NCBI RefSeq assembly: GCF_048593235.1 | Contig: NC_133623.1 | Span: 25,908,211-25,972,210, forward strand | Direction: 5' to 3' | Length of the DNA: 64,000 nucleotides | DNA from: Sminthopsis crassicaudata | Lineage: Eukaryota | Translations under genes and position numbers: made by a program | Shown: piece after piece, positions 24,901-61,912 of the stretch | Numbering within the stretch: the first letter of the stretch is position 1 | Layout: each line of letters begins with the position of its first letter | The notes under the pieces: generated by a model | Seen by the model: the letters and a program-made list of their open reading frames with translations, nothing else | What the model was told of the DNA's origin: nothing | Databases searched by the model: none

Positions 24901-27393
24901 TTTTTTTCTTACTTCTGTAAAGGCTCAACTCCCAAAAAGTTCAGTCTCTGAAGGGCATGGCTGAATGATGAAATTACTCCTAGCCTCCAAGGCACATGTT
25001 CTTTAAGTTGGGTATCCAACTGAGAAACATAATTTCTGTTTAGTGTATAAACTGAATTACATTGGGAGAGCCTTTGCCTGGGGGAGGAACCCCTGTCCTT
25101 GATCCCCTTCATTAGACTTTCTGGAAACGCAATTCATGAAGGAGAAAACAAGCCAGAGAGGTCAAGATGGAAATGGCTTTCCCCTGCCCAGGTTGTTGGA
25201 GGCTTCTGCATCTCATGATCAAGCTACTTTCTCAGCAGGAGGAGCTGAAGACTTTTAGTCCATCTTCTCGTTAAATCATCAAAGTTGAGTTTTACTTCTC
25301 AGGGGAGTTCCCTTTCAGAAGATACACATCTAATTTAAGGCATTTCAGAATCTCTCTCCTCGTTTTTGGTTACCAAAAGAAACCACTATCAATTTATGAT
25401 TACAGGCTAGCCTAATTAATTGATTATTAATTTCCTGGAAACCCTTTCCCTTGAAGGTTTTAATTTGTCACAATTAATTTACCCAGATCTTAACATTTAA
25501 TAAAATTTCTCATGTTATTTTTGTGGGAAAAAATGGAGAAAGAGAGATGAACTAGACAACAATACAATTAGCTGTATTTGGAGAGGGTTGAATTGAATGA
25601 CCCCAGGGATGTGAGCTTAGCCAGTGCTATCTGACATTCATCATGGCCTTAAATAAGGGTTAGATGGTATACTTATTCAATTTGAAGATGAGACAAAGCC
25701 TGAAGTAATAGGAAAACCAGAATCAGGGTACACATAGCTCTTGACAGACTAGGATATTGGGCTAAATCTAGTAAGATGAAATTTAATAAAATAAAAACTG
25801 GCAAGTCAGACTCTGAAAAATCAGTCTCACTAAATATAATATTGGGGAGACTTAGCTAGATAGATAGCAATTCATCTGAAAAAGATTGGGGGGTTTTAGC
25901 TGCCTGAATTCTTCATAGGAATTTATAGTATGCCATGCTGGCTAAGAAAGCTAATATAATCTAAGGTGGGATTGAGGGGCACAGTTTCCTAAACGAGGAG
26001 TGTAAGAATCTTGTCAGACCAAATCCCACAGGATTGTAGATTTACAACTGGAAGGACTTTATCTAGTCCAGCTTCCTTATTTCACAGGAGTGCTTAAATT
26101 TTTTTGGTGGGGGTGAGGTGGGTATGGACCTATTTGCTAGTCTGATAAAGCTATGGACCCCTTCTCAGAATAAGGCTTTGTTTTTGTTTTTTATAAATTC
26201 ATAATTGAAGTAAATATTCAGTTTTAGTTTGAAGTTTGTGATAATCAATAGGAAATTTTTTCCCATTCAGGTTCACATTTTCCCTGACTCCCAGTTTAAG
26301 AATTCATCTTGTAGATGCTACATCTATTGCCTAACCTTGGAACCCAGTCTCCTTGCTGCTTATATCCCCTTTAAATTCACTACTTAGGATCCCTGACCAT
26401 GTTCAAGGCTTAAGCTCATTGCTATGTTCTTTTACCAGCTTTTCTGGCCTCCTTGGTTGTTACTGCTTTCTTCCTCCTCAAATACTCAGAAATACTTAAC
26501 TGTTTCTATGTTGCATCAATCCAAGAGAACTTAAACTGCTTGAGGGCAGGAACTGCAATTATTTTGTCTTTTTAGCCCCATACCTAGCATGATGACTTGC
26601 TCAGAGGAGGCTTAGATAAACAAGGAATGAGATGTATGTACTGAACAAACAAAAGAGTTTCTAATATACTCGATGCTTATACCATCATCTACTGCTGCCA
26701 TGCTTGTTATAATCAAAGATATGGCATAAGGAAGCTTCAAGGCTGCAAATGCTTTGATTCTGTTATCTAACATCCAACAGCAGGTCTAGCCAAGAAAAGA
26801 TAAATAGGAAGAGGAGAAGGACCTCACAGGCCCCTCTTGTGAGGCTCAAATGAGATCCCTTATGTAAAACGGTTTGCAACCCAGTGCCACTTGTTATTAT
26901 TAGTGATATTTTAAAAGCTAACAAAAAACCCTTAAGAAGGATAATTACTTGGAATTAGAGAGCATTTGAAAGTTGATAAATATTTTACAAATATTATTTC
27001 ATTTATTCCTCACTACAACCCTGAATCATAGATGCTATTACTATTTCCATTCTGTAGATGAGGGAACTGAGGCAAACTAAGATTAAGTGGCTTACCCAGA
27101 ATCATACAGCTAGTAAGTATCTGAAACAGAACTTGAACTCAGTCTTCCTGACTCTATGCCCAGCATTCCCACTGCTGTACCATTTAGCTGCCTTTTAAAT
27201 TTATGGAATCAATATAATGACTAGGGTCAGTAAATATAGATATTGGCATATTTGCTTGCAAAGAAACAGATATCACAGTGGTAATTAAAATAATCTAGAA
27301 ACTCAAGATTTGTGCTAGTGGTGTGGATCAGACTGAATTTCTGGGCAGGTTTGTGAAGAACTGGGATTTAAAATCTCTCTAGATACTAACAGT

Positions 27394-27424
27394 TGTGTGT
27401 GTGTGTGTGTGTATGTGTGTATGT
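27394..27424. repeat. (TG)n microsatellite
   Basis: Read directly. Confidence 0.9.
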
Positions 27425-29874
27425 GCCTCGGATTGGACTAAATGAAGGGAAGTAAAATTTACTTTTCCTTACAAGAGGGAAGCATATTGATAAGTTGAAG
27501 AATGGCCATAGGAAGGTAACTAGGGTTGTGAAGGACCTCTAGTTTTTGTCGCTAGCTTCTTTCAAGTTCCAGCTAAAATCCTACCTTCTACAGGATGTCT
27601 TTCCTTATCCCCTTTAATTCTAGTGCTATGTCTGTTGATTTTTACCTACTTATTTTGTCTATTTCTTGATTGTACATGACTGTTTGTTTGTTGTCTCCCC
27701 CCATTAGATCATGAACTCCTTGAGAACATGGATTGTCTTTTGCCTTTCTTTGTATCCTGAATACTTAAAATAGTGTCTGGAACATAGTATGTGCTTAATA
27801 AATGTTTACTGATTGGCTGACTAATTAGATGTAGACTGAGTTGAGTTTCATAGATATTGGGTTCCCCAGGACTGGGGAGGTCTTCAAGCAAAGTTTAGAT
27901 GACCATTTATTTATTGGTCAAGAGGTTGAGAGGATTCTTCTTTAGGTATTGGTTAGACTACATGACTTTGAAGCATTCTGGGATTTTTTGAGATCCTCTT
28001 GGCCTTGGCTTGGGGAGTCAATCTTATACCACGTTTAATGGTAAAATAAATAAATAAAAATAAAAATATGCATTTTTGTAAGGCCAAGAAGGAGAACAAA
28101 AAACAGTAGCGCCAGAACATTTACTGTTATGGAGCAACAAGGAAGTCATCCTTTAAGTCTACAAGAAACAGGACAAAAATAACCAGTTTAGGCAAGATGT
28201 AGTTCTGCAAGATTAGTTCTACTATGGAATCCTTGTCACTAAGGAACTACTCAGAGGTATTGGGACATAGTTCTCCCTACTAACATACTGCTGCTGGCTC
28301 CAATAGCTGAAGAAGGAACAGATGTTCCCACTAAGGGGTATTTCCAAAGGTCACGGGATCTGGCAGAAAGGAACTAAAACTCTAAACAGATTGTCCCTTC
28401 CTTCACCTGAGTACTTGGTGGGCCTTCTTGTCCTATGGTTTCATCCAATCTTGGTTTATAGAGACTTAAGGGGGGAATGAGCATTGTCATCAGATACTCG
28501 AAGGATTATGCTAGAAGAAAAGGATTTCATTTGTTCTACTTGGTCTCAGAACCCAGAACTAAGAATAATGAGGGGAAGTTGCAGAGAAGTCAATTTCTGC
28601 TCCACAGAAAAGGGTATAAGTGGGAATGGAAAGATAAAGTTAAAAATAAGTAGACTGCAGCATATTACTAATGATGATTTGCATCCATAAAGTAACATAA
28701 AAACGTCAGGGGCCCATATGACCAGAAAAGAAAGGAGTTGGAATAGTCCAGCCATGTCGCAGAGGGAATTTCTGCTTAGGTTCAAGTTGGACTAGGTGAC
28801 CTCTCAGGTCCCTTCCAGCTCTGAGCTATAGTTATCTACCAGCTGGCCCCCAGAGACTCCTTAATTCCTGCTCTAATCTACCAAATGAAGTCTTAGCAGC
28901 CTGACTTTGGTGAGTGTTTATAGGACAATATAGATGGTAGGGGTTTCAAAGCATCCTCCAGTCCAGGCCTTTACCTCCAAGCAGAGGAACATCTAATCAT
29001 ATGAAAGAAAAAAAATCTCTACATGGAAGGCCAGTCCAAAGTCCTCTTGAGGACGCTGTCTGAGTATTTGGAGACCCTGATCATCTATTCTCTTTATCTT
29101 TCATCCTGCAGATGTGTTAAACTGGATCTTGTTCTGGTCCCCCTGACCACTCCCTCTCCTTCTAATCAGTAGAGTGAGTTTATAAGAGCAACAAGTAAGA
29201 CGACTAAGGAGAGGAACAACATTTATAAAGTGTGTCACATAGCTACCCAAAAAATCACATCCTGATGCTGAGTGCCGAGTCCCAGGAAGCCATCTAGACT
29301 TTGCAGTCACATGTAAATCTCAGACAAGTTCCAGAAGACCAGCAGAACCCCGAGTGTTCTGGATAACTTTGAAATGATATGAATTACATCTGTTCTCCTA
29401 AAATGAGACCCTCCCTCCCAGCCATCTTCCAACTCCATCTGGGTCCATGATACCAAGTACCCTGCCTCTACTCAATGGCTATGAGTGATTCTCAGCACCT
29501 CCTCCTGCCCAGACTCTTCCTCATACCGCCTGACTTCATCTCCTACTCTATCTGCAAATATACACTGCTTCTGTTCTCCCTTTCACTGCTTGTCTGTGTA
29601 CTGTCTGTGTCTGTTTGCCTTACACCTTCTGTAACCTATTAAAATGTGATTATAGCCTCACTTTCCACTGCCAGCATTGTCTTTTCTTGAGAGTACCCAA
29701 AGAACTGGGTGCCTGCCCCATTTCATATACTAGATCAAGTCAAGGTGTGAGATAATGCTTGGGCTTGGATGTTTATTTGCTTTGTGACCTTGAGGCTAAC
29801 TCACTTAACTTTTGTCCATTTCAGTTTCTTCATCTGTAAGATGGGGATAATAACATTATCTTCCTCTCAGGGTT

Positions 29875-30050
29875 NNNNNNNNNNNNNNNNNNNNNNNNNN
29901 NNNNNNNNNNNNNNNNNNNNNNNNNNNNNNNNNNNNNNNNNNNNNNNNNNNNNNNNNNNNNNNNNNNNNNNNNNNNNNNNNNNNNNNNNNNNNNNNNNNN
30001 NNNNNNNNNNNNNNNNNNNNNNNNNNNNNNNNNNNNNNNNNNNNNNNNNN
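29875..30050. other. Assembly gap (176 N)
   Basis: Run of N, flanked by a MIR-like end on the left. Confidence 1.
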
Positions 30051-30532
30051 CACAGCAGCTGCTTATTAAATTCTTGTTTCTTCCTTTCCTGCAATTTATG
30101 AGCATTGGTCCTCTGTGGGAGTGCAGAAAAACTGGCTTACACCCTCAGGATAGTAGAAATGATCTAGAAAGAAGCATTCTGAGAAGAGAGGTACCAAGTA
30201 ATTCTAAGCAGAAAATAAACTACAGGGAAGGTCAAAAGCCAAAGCTATATAACCTCAGGTGCCTATCTATCAAAGCACAGAGCATGGTCAAAGAATAGAA
30301 TTCATTCTTACCAAAAGGTAAGTATACATTAAGCATCTTGATCATGTGGCTTGTTAGTAGGGGTGCTTAAGCAAGTACCCAGATACCTCCAGGGCCCTCC
30401 TTCAGTGTTTTTTTCACTACATAATGCTGATCAAAGTGGATCTGGCCAGGTTTATTAAATACTTGAGAATCTTTTAGAATGAAGAAACACAAACTTCCCA
30501 GGCACAAATGCAAGTATCAAAAAGTATATGTA

Positions 30533-30674
30533 GGGGTTGGCTAGGTGGCGCAGTGGATAGAGCACCAGCCTTGAATTCAGGAGGACCCGAGTTCAAATCT
30601 GGTCTCAGATACTTAACACTTCCTAGCTGTGTGACCCTGGGCAAGTCACTTAACCCCAGCCTCAACCAAAAAAA
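30533..30674 (+). mobile_element. WSINE1-type SINE
   Basis: Pol III A/B box-like head (tggcgcagtgg, gagttcaaatc), A tail, TSD aaaaagtatatgt at 30519-30531 and 30675-30687. Confidence 0.85.
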
Positions 30675-31596
30675 AAAAAGTATATGTGACATTTGTTCTT
30701 TCAATAAGGCTATAGGGTTGCAAAGCTGATATTATATAGCAATTGCAATAATAATTTCCTGAAGTTTGCCTTGAGCACATGAGATACTATTTATTCAGCA
30801 AGGGTTGGGGCATGAGGAATGGGCATAAGGGTATAAGGCAGGGGCAGGCCATGCAAATGGCAGGGCACCCACCATAAGACAGCATTGTGGCCGCAGATTT
30901 CCCCTAGTGAGTTACTAGAAGAAAAATCTTTTGGGCTGTCTTGCCTCTAGGAAATATCACTTAAAATGATCCCATAGAGAATGGTGAGAGAATTGGGCGT
31001 AAGGGAATATGGCTTGTGCTGTGAGGCATTCAAAGATCAGGACCAACTACTTACCTGTAATGCATTTGGAGGCCATAATCTTGATGCTCTTCTTTCTGGG
31101 GCAGATAATCCCTTGAAGATGAGGGAGCTCTTTCTTAAGAAGCTCAGTCAGCTCTTTGGACTCTGAGTGTACATGAGTAGAGACAAAGAGAACCAAAAAA
31201 AAAGTGGTCCTTCTCCTTTATTACTCCCAACTTGCCTTTTGTGGGAAGTGAGGAAATTTTCCTCAGTCACAGTGCAAAACACCAGGGATTTATGATGAAT
31301 AATTTTTGACCTTCTAACCTGAAATCCTGAAATATGAATGGTTCAACCCAGAGTACCCCCAAAATATTCACCAGGATTGGCAAGCCTATCCCTCTTGTCT
31401 CCGCCAAGAATTTGCCTCATCAACCCTCCCCACCAGTTGTCTTCAATTTGTTTATCCACCAACTCCTTCTCTATTGCCTACATAAATATATTCAGATCTC
31501 CCCAGTCTTAAAAACAAAACAAAAAACCCAACTCTTTCACTTGACCCTATTATTCCCTCAAACTATTATCCTCTATCTCATCTCTTTTTCACTGTG

Positions 31597-31741
31597 AATT
31601 TTTTTTTTTTTTAGGCTGGGGTTAAATGACTTGCCCAGGGTCACACAGCTAGGAAGTGTTAAGCGTCTGAGATCAGATTTGAACTCCCGTCCTCCTGAAT
31701 TCAGGGCTAGTGCTCTATCCACTGCACCACCTAGCTGCCCC
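31597..31741 (-). mobile_element. WSINE1-type SINE
   Basis: Same family; T tail; near-TSD tcactgt(g/a)aa. Confidence 0.8.
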
Positions 31742-34700
31742 ATCACTGTAAAATTCTTACAAAAACCTTTTCAGGAGTTGCTTCTATTTCCCTACATCCT
31801 ACTCACTTCTCAATCTCTTATAATCTGACTTTTGCTTGACAATGCTAAACTCAAATTATTCAAAAATTGCCAGTAATCACTCATTACTAAATCCAAGGGC
31901 TTTTTTGTCCTTATCTTTACAGTTATCTTGTATACTGTTTTGATCACTTCTTCCCTTTAAATAGATTCTCTTTTCCTTGGTTTTCTTGACACTTCTCTGT
32001 CCTAGTTTTCCTTTTGCCCATTTGATTACCCTGCCCCACTCACCTTTGCTGAACTGATGCAGAATCCAGGTTTTGTTTCCTATCCATGGATTTACCAAAG
32101 TTCTATCCTAGTTCCTCTACTCTCTCTCTCTCTGGATCTTCTCTGTCTTCATGGATTCAATTACAATCATTACGCAGAGAACTCCAAATCTCCATATTGA
32201 GATCTTTTTTCTCCCCAGAGTTCTAGTTACTATCTTCTACTTCCTATTGGACATTTCCATCTGTATGTCAGCAACTACAACTCAAAAGAACTAAAAACAG
32301 AACTAACTGAAAAGATCTCATGATCTTCCCCCTGAAACCCAGCCCTATTCCAAATTTCCTTATTTTTTTTTTAAAGGCATCACCACCCTTCTTGTCACTC
32401 TTACTTTTGATCTTGGAGTCCAACACCAAATCTTCACTCTCCCTCACATTCCATATCCAATTAAGTGCCGGGTCTTGTCAGCCCTACCACCCCAACAACT
32501 ATTACGGTTGAGGGTACCATCACCTTCCCACTGCCCCAGGTTTACCATCTAGGTGCCATCCTCAAGTGCTCACTCTCACTCCCAACACCCAGTCTGTTGA
32601 TTTTTAACTTTGTGAAGTGTGTCTCTCATACACACTCCCTTCACTTCTCTGACAATGGCAATCACCGTGGCGAAGGCTCTCATCACTCCAGGTTTAGACT
32701 ACTGAAACGGCCTATTTGATTTTTGAAGTTGTACTTCTAGTATGTAGCATAGTTCCTGGTAAAATATACACTTGAAGGATCTTTGGTTTTCTCAAAATGG
32801 AGAACTTTTAGTGTGAGAACTCCTTCCACCCAGGTAGCTTGCAACTCTTTTACATTTGAGTAGATAAGTTCTAGGGGTTGCTTGTTACATTGCTAAGTTA
32901 CTTAACTTGGCCAGGGTCACACAGCTAATCCAAGTCAGAGGAAGGACAGGAATACAGTCCTTCTTTTTCTGAGTCCAGCACCCCCTTCCACAATACTATA
33001 CTTACTGTTTGCATAAAGAGAATTCAAGAACCCAGACTGTATTAAAGGTTAATCAGCTTATTCACTGAGTTGAAATCCCACAGGACACTCGGGAGTAACT
33101 GAACTCTTAGTAGCAGTAATGGAGTATGTGGGCATACAGCTAGAGCGGTATGGCCTAATGGAAATTTGATTTGAAGCTGAAAGAACAAGATTAGATTTGT
33201 AACATGAAGTTACTAGTCGTGTAAGCCTGTGAAAGGCGCTTCTCTCTGAATCACTATTTTCTCATGTATAAAATGTTGATAATAATAAGACTTGTATTCT
33301 CTATATCAAAGGATTGTTGTGAAAAAGAAAAAAAATTTAAACTTAAAGATAATACTAGATGTTGTGCAATATATCTTTAAAAGAAGACCAAAGAAATCTG
33401 AAAGACCATCTTACAGAGCAACATCTGCTTTTATAGCTGTCAAGAGCAATATTTCACTAACATCTATAAATGTAACCCCAACCCTAGAGTGACCCTTAGC
33501 TTTTAGGGAATAGGGCCCTCCCAATGTTATGTGTACTCATAGCTACTGGTGATGTTGGAAACATTTCACAAAAGAGGCACTGAAAAATATCTCGGGACAA
33601 CACTGTAATTACAAAGTTGAAGGCACATCCTTGGCAGAAATATGTTCAATTACATGCATATGGAAAAAAAATAGAGCAAATGAACCACACAACAATATGA
33701 GAGATAGGCATTGCACAACACTGTCCAATGAAGGATTGAAGAGTAAACAAATCACAAATATTTTTCGCCTATAATGACAAAATACAGTAAAATAAATATT
33801 AAGAAAAATAATCAATCTAATACAACCTATTAAATGACAAGTAATTAAAAATGATTTCCCATAACAACTTTAAACCCTTTGATTGCAAGCTGTTTCATCA
33901 CAAAAAGTGTACAGAAAAAAGTTTACACATGTATACTACTAGAAACATTTCATCTAGTGCTATTTCAACCATTCTGTACATGTGAACTGAAGAACTTTAC
34001 GAAATAAAATCATTTGTTCACAAAGCAGCATGTTTAACTTCCTAAGATGTTTACACTAAATCACAATACACATCATTTGGGATGGGAGGTGAGGAAGACA
34101 GTCTTGTTTTCACAACAGATAGCCACACTTCCTCGGTCTGTTCTACAACACTAAACACATTAGGTGGATTGTAGGCCTCTAATTCCCAAGGCCTCTCAAG
34201 CCATTTCAGACAAGAAGCACCTCATATTCCAGTCTACAAAAGGGCACTTGTTATCCTCAGACTCTAAATGCTCAGTCTGTTGAATGGATGCAGGAAATAG
34301 AACAAATAAAGAATTTCAAGTATCAGAAACAAATAGAAATCCATTTGAATTTTGAATACATATATATATATACACATATATATTTGTTCTTACAACTCTT
34401 GCTATAAAATGTAAGCAATATTTTTGTTTCCCTCCACAACCCAATCTGAAGCCAATGGACCCTTGACTTGCAGAAGAGACCTATGGAAGAGAACCAAAAT
34501 GTGGCTGCAGGTGTAAAGCAAGACAGTCCTGAACAAAAAGTTTTCTGTTCCCATAATAAAGTCATGCTTCTGAAATTATGACAATTACCCTTTCCTAGGA
34601 CAGCAAATGTGGCCACCAACTTAGAGTGCAGCCATTGGTGCCAAAAGAATTTCATAAAGGTAGCATTGGAAATAATAACTGGCTATGACCAAATCCCTTC

Positions 34701-35657
34701 AGGAAAGAGATTGCTTCCTTTGAAAAATTTTGATTCTGGAGTGCGTAAGAATGAATATTTTGTATTTGCCACCTTTTCTGCTTCTCCCTAGAAGCAATCT
34801 CTGGAAATAAAGGATGGCAGAAAAACCTACCGAAATTAGGGAAAAAAACTTTACAACTAAACCTGGATGTATGAAAGATGACATCAGGAAGAGGCTACAA
34901 TAAGAGTTGAGAAACACAAACTCATTAATCTTTCCCTAAAATGAATTTGCCTTTCTAGACTAACAGAACCTTCATAGAAAGTTTCAGCTATGTCTGTCTT
35001 TTGATCAGAAGATACAAATTAGACTTCCTCTGAATCCAGAAAGATACCATTAAATGATATATGAGAGATCTTGTTTTGTGTGGGGAAAGGGAGAGGGAAT
35101 GAGAACGAATGATATTTCCCCTTTAAGCTGTTCTACTAGGTTGCCTGAGCAATATGATCTCCCTCATGATATTTAAATAATGAGATCAGAAAACCAAGCA
35201 TTTGTTCAGGAATCTTCTAATGGGTAGTCTCTACAAAGACAGGATCCTGCAAATAACAGACACATAAGTAGTTATACCAGTGGAAACCTTGGGCCCCACT
35301 TCCTCTTTCCCAACCATGTAACAGAGGAACTACTAAGTCCACATGGCAGAGAAAACAAACCTTTAATTCTACTAGTTGCATTAAACTATTGGGTAGAAAC
35401 ATCTCAAACTAGAGGGAAAGAGTATACAGTTTGTTAATATGTATAACTCTAGATAATGACTAATTTCTACATTTTAATTCATAGAAAAAATGATTTTTTA
35501 AAACAAAACCAATTTTACGCTATCAGCATTCATTTAAAATAACTTGGAAAGGTTATCTAAAGTACTAAAAGATATTTAATAATCTATCAAATGATAAATA
35601 CTAATATATACTAAGAACTAGAATACTTTTCCCTAAAAACCTCAAGGTATAGGAATG

Positions 35658-35660
35658 ATA

Positions 35661-35698
<38 letters not shown>

Positions 35699-35711
35699 CA
35701 TACATATATAT
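35658..35711. repeat. (TA)n/(TACA) microsatellite, in the probable ATP7A 3' UTR
   Basis: Read directly. Confidence 0.9.
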
Positions 35712-36696
35712 TTTTAAATAAGGTAGTGTTAATCTGTGGGAAAATTCAGTGAAGACAAGGCTAAAATAGATGCTGGTAATAGTGATTTTACTGAGAGTGG
35801 CTCCTTGGAACTGATCTCAGTATGATCCATGAATCACATTTGTACAGGGCTAAGTTAAAATTGAAGTCAGAACTAACTTAAATCTTTGGAAAAATTGAAG
35901 TGTGGGAGTGTGGCGAGACAAAAAACCTTCAACGTCCTTTTGGTTCCTTCACCCCAGAGGGCCAGGAAGCAAGAGCAAGAGAGAACTAGTTAAGGAAAAA
36001 AATAGGCCATCAGTTCTATTAACCCAACCCGAGCAAACCTGATCCAATCCAACCTAGTCCATTTCACATGAGAAAGAGAAAAGCTCTATCTCACCAAGAG
36101 CTAGGTGCTAACAGCTCAGAAGGTAAAGATTCTTGGAGAAAAGTTGCAATAAGGCACAAATAGTGTCACATGAATGGCTTCAAAGTGCTTTTCTTCCTCT
36201 CTCCTATTTGATTTCCCAAGTCTTGTGTTTAGCTGTGAGTCACTATTTATGCCACTGCAGGAAGGCAAGTTATACAACCAACAAAGCAACTTTCAGCCAC
36301 ATCCCTTCAGTGCCCATCTCCTGAAAGATGTATTCTTCCTAAGCTGTTAATTGGGGCTGGGTTTTTTTTTTTTTGGGGGGGGGGAGAGGGGTCTCATCAA
36401 ATTCCCAAATCATCTGACCAGTGAATTAACAGCAATACTTGGAGGCTTATGTGAATCTCCATTGCTGCCCTACTTTCTCAGGTTAAAAAAAAATACTGAA
36501 CATCATTGAAACCAGACACAAATAGCTTGAAAGTTGATATGCTAAAAAAAAAAAAAAAAATACTTCTCTCACAAGACAAACATCTCCTTCTCCAAATGTC
36601 TTAGAACACAAGACCAACTCCAAATTCTAGCAACACGAATTTTGACAAAACAGATTACATCCATGAGGTCTGGCCAGAAGCAGTGGCTGGGCTTTT

Positions 36697-59520
<22,824 letters not shown>

Positions 59521-60109
59521 CTGGAAACATGAATAAAAGAAATAATGCAGACAACAGAATATCTATAGGAAAATAAAAGTTTTATAATTGCCTGTTAATC
59601 AGTTTTAATTGAAACTAAGGCCAATGGTAAAGGGAAAAAAGCCCAAAATTAAACTAGAGAATTTAATCTTTGGGCACAGAAGACTAAGTGGAAGGACTGA
59701 TGTAAAGAAGAACCCACATATGTTCAGAAACCAAAGGTAGAAAGAAGAAATCAGAACTTGATAAAAAGCTTTTTCTTCAAGAAAAATCCATGACTCACTG
59801 AGGCAGTGCTCCATCAAACATGGTCTCAAAATGACAGCTCTGCATGTATTGCCTTACCTCCCCAATGTGACCAAGCCTCACAAAGTCAGAGCCTAGGCTT
59901 TATCTAAACTTTCTATCTCATCCAGTGAGTATACAGTTTGGTCTGTATACAGTAAGTGCTTAGTCATATGTGCTCAACTGGATTTATTGAATGTAAGTGT
60001 TAAAAGTGACTCTAGCAAAATAGCCGAGAAAGGAACAATGTAAACATTGTAATATTATCAAATAAAACTATTTTTCTTCTACTATCCTGCAATCTGCCAA
60101 TATGTTAGA

Positions 60110-60530
60110 ATGACCTTTTTTTCCCCTCAATTACATGTAAAATAAGTTTTTAGCATTCATTTTAAAATTTTTGAGTTCCAAATTCTCTCTTCCTCCCCTC
60201 CCCACCTCGAGAAGGCAAGCAATTTCCTATAGGCTAAGCATGTGCAACCATGCAAAACATTTCCATATTAGCCATGTTGCAAAAGAAAACAAAGACAAAA
60301 AAAAAAAAAAAGTTTTTAAAAGTGTGATACAATTGGCATTCAGACTCCAATCAGTTCTTTCTCTGGAAGTGGACAGCATTTTTCATCATAAATCCTTTGG
60401 GATTGTCTTGGATCATCGTATTGCTGAGAATAGCTAAGTTATTCACAGCTAATCATTATTCAATATTGTTGTTACTGGGTACAATGTTCTCATGGTGCTG
60501 CTCGCTTCACTATGCATCAGTTCAAGTAAA
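60110..60530 (-). mobile_element. Older L1 3' fragment, ATP7A intron 5
   Basis: Same motifs as the 14255-14790 copy (gcattcagactccaatcagttctttctctgga, gtcttggatcatcgtattgctgagaatagc). Confidence 0.65.
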
Positions 60531-61912
60531 TCTTAGTTATGTTAGATTATCTAAAAGGTATCCCATACTTCAAATTCCTGGATACACACATTGGTAATGA
60601 AAGAATTCATTAGCAAAACAACTACCATACACTTACATATGAGCCTTCTACCATTGTTGTCTCATCTCTCTAATCAATCAATAAGCTTTTATCAAATACT
60701 TGCTATGTGTCAGTCCTGAGGACACAAAGATAAAAACCAAACAAGAATCTCTATCTCCAGGAAGTTTATCATCTATTGGAAGGAAAAACAGGTTTACAAA
60801 TGAGTAAAAATAGGCCTTTGTTGTTCATTTATTGTCTTTGTACTCCCAATGCTGACATCATCTGTCAATTACAATCAATATTATAGAATGTTATTGCATC
60901 ATAAACAATTTTGAAAGGGACAGTTTTGGAGAAATCCGGGCAGACTTGTATGAAATAATCCAGAGAGAAGGGAGTAGAACCAAGAAAACAATTTGCACAA
61001 TGACAACACTTTAAAGGAAAACAACTTAGACTTTAAGAACTCTGATCAATGTGTGACCAATCATGATTCTAGATGATAAAATACACGATATCCTCCTTAC
61101 AGAGAGGTGAGTGACTCAAGATGTGAAATGACGCATTTTTTTGGACATACCTAATGTGGGAATTTGTTTTGCTTGACTATGGATACTTGTAGGTCACTTT
61201 GGCTGGAGTGCAGAGTTTGTGAGGATGATTAATGTATAATTAGCCCATAAAGATAGACTAAAGCCAGACTGTGAAGAGTTTTAAATGCCAAATAGAAGGG
61301 TTTATATTTTATCCTAAATTCAAGAGGGAACCACTGAAGTTTCTGAAGCAGGGCAGTGACATGGTCAGGCCCATACATAAGTGATCGCAACTTGTGGAGG
61401 ATCAATTATAGAGAGAAAGAGCCGAATTAATCCATTGTAACAATCCAGATGAGAGGTGGTGAAGGCCTTGGTAGCTGTGCTTTGAATGGTGATAGCTAGA
61501 ATAGGATGGATGTGAGAGATTTTGAGGAAGTGGAAGTAACAAGGCTTGACATCTGATTAGATGTGGCAAGGGCATAGAAGTGAAAAGTTAAGAACAATCC
61601 TAGGATTGTAAACTTTGTAAATGGAAGAAGAGGGACATCCTTGACCAAAACTGAGAAATTAAGAGATGAGAATTAAAGGTTTACAATTAAAAAAAATGAG
61701 TTTTGTTTTAGAAATATTAAGTGTGAAATCATTGGATCTTAGATTTAGAGCTAGAAATGACCTTCAAGATCATCTAGGCCAAACCCTTTATTTTACAGAA
61801 GAGGAAGCAAAGCCTGGAGGGGTGAATATCTTGCTCAATCTGGTTTCCCAGCCCACAGTACTAAGAAGTGAAATTAAGGAATGAAAGACAAAACTTTAAA
61901 AAGCAGACAGGA

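Noticed and set aside
24916-25472. Possible solo LTR (TGTAAAGG...TGTCACA, raised GC); similar suspicion for ~23500-24131 and ~29000-29700
   Set aside because: No matching TSD, second LTR or primer-binding site; cannot be supported without a repeat-library search.
29769-30105. ORFs spanning the N gap
   Set aside because: Artefacts of translating through unknown bases.
33300-36696. ATP7A poly(A) site
   Set aside because: No unambiguous minus-strand AATAAA at a defensible position, so the 3' UTR end was left undefined.
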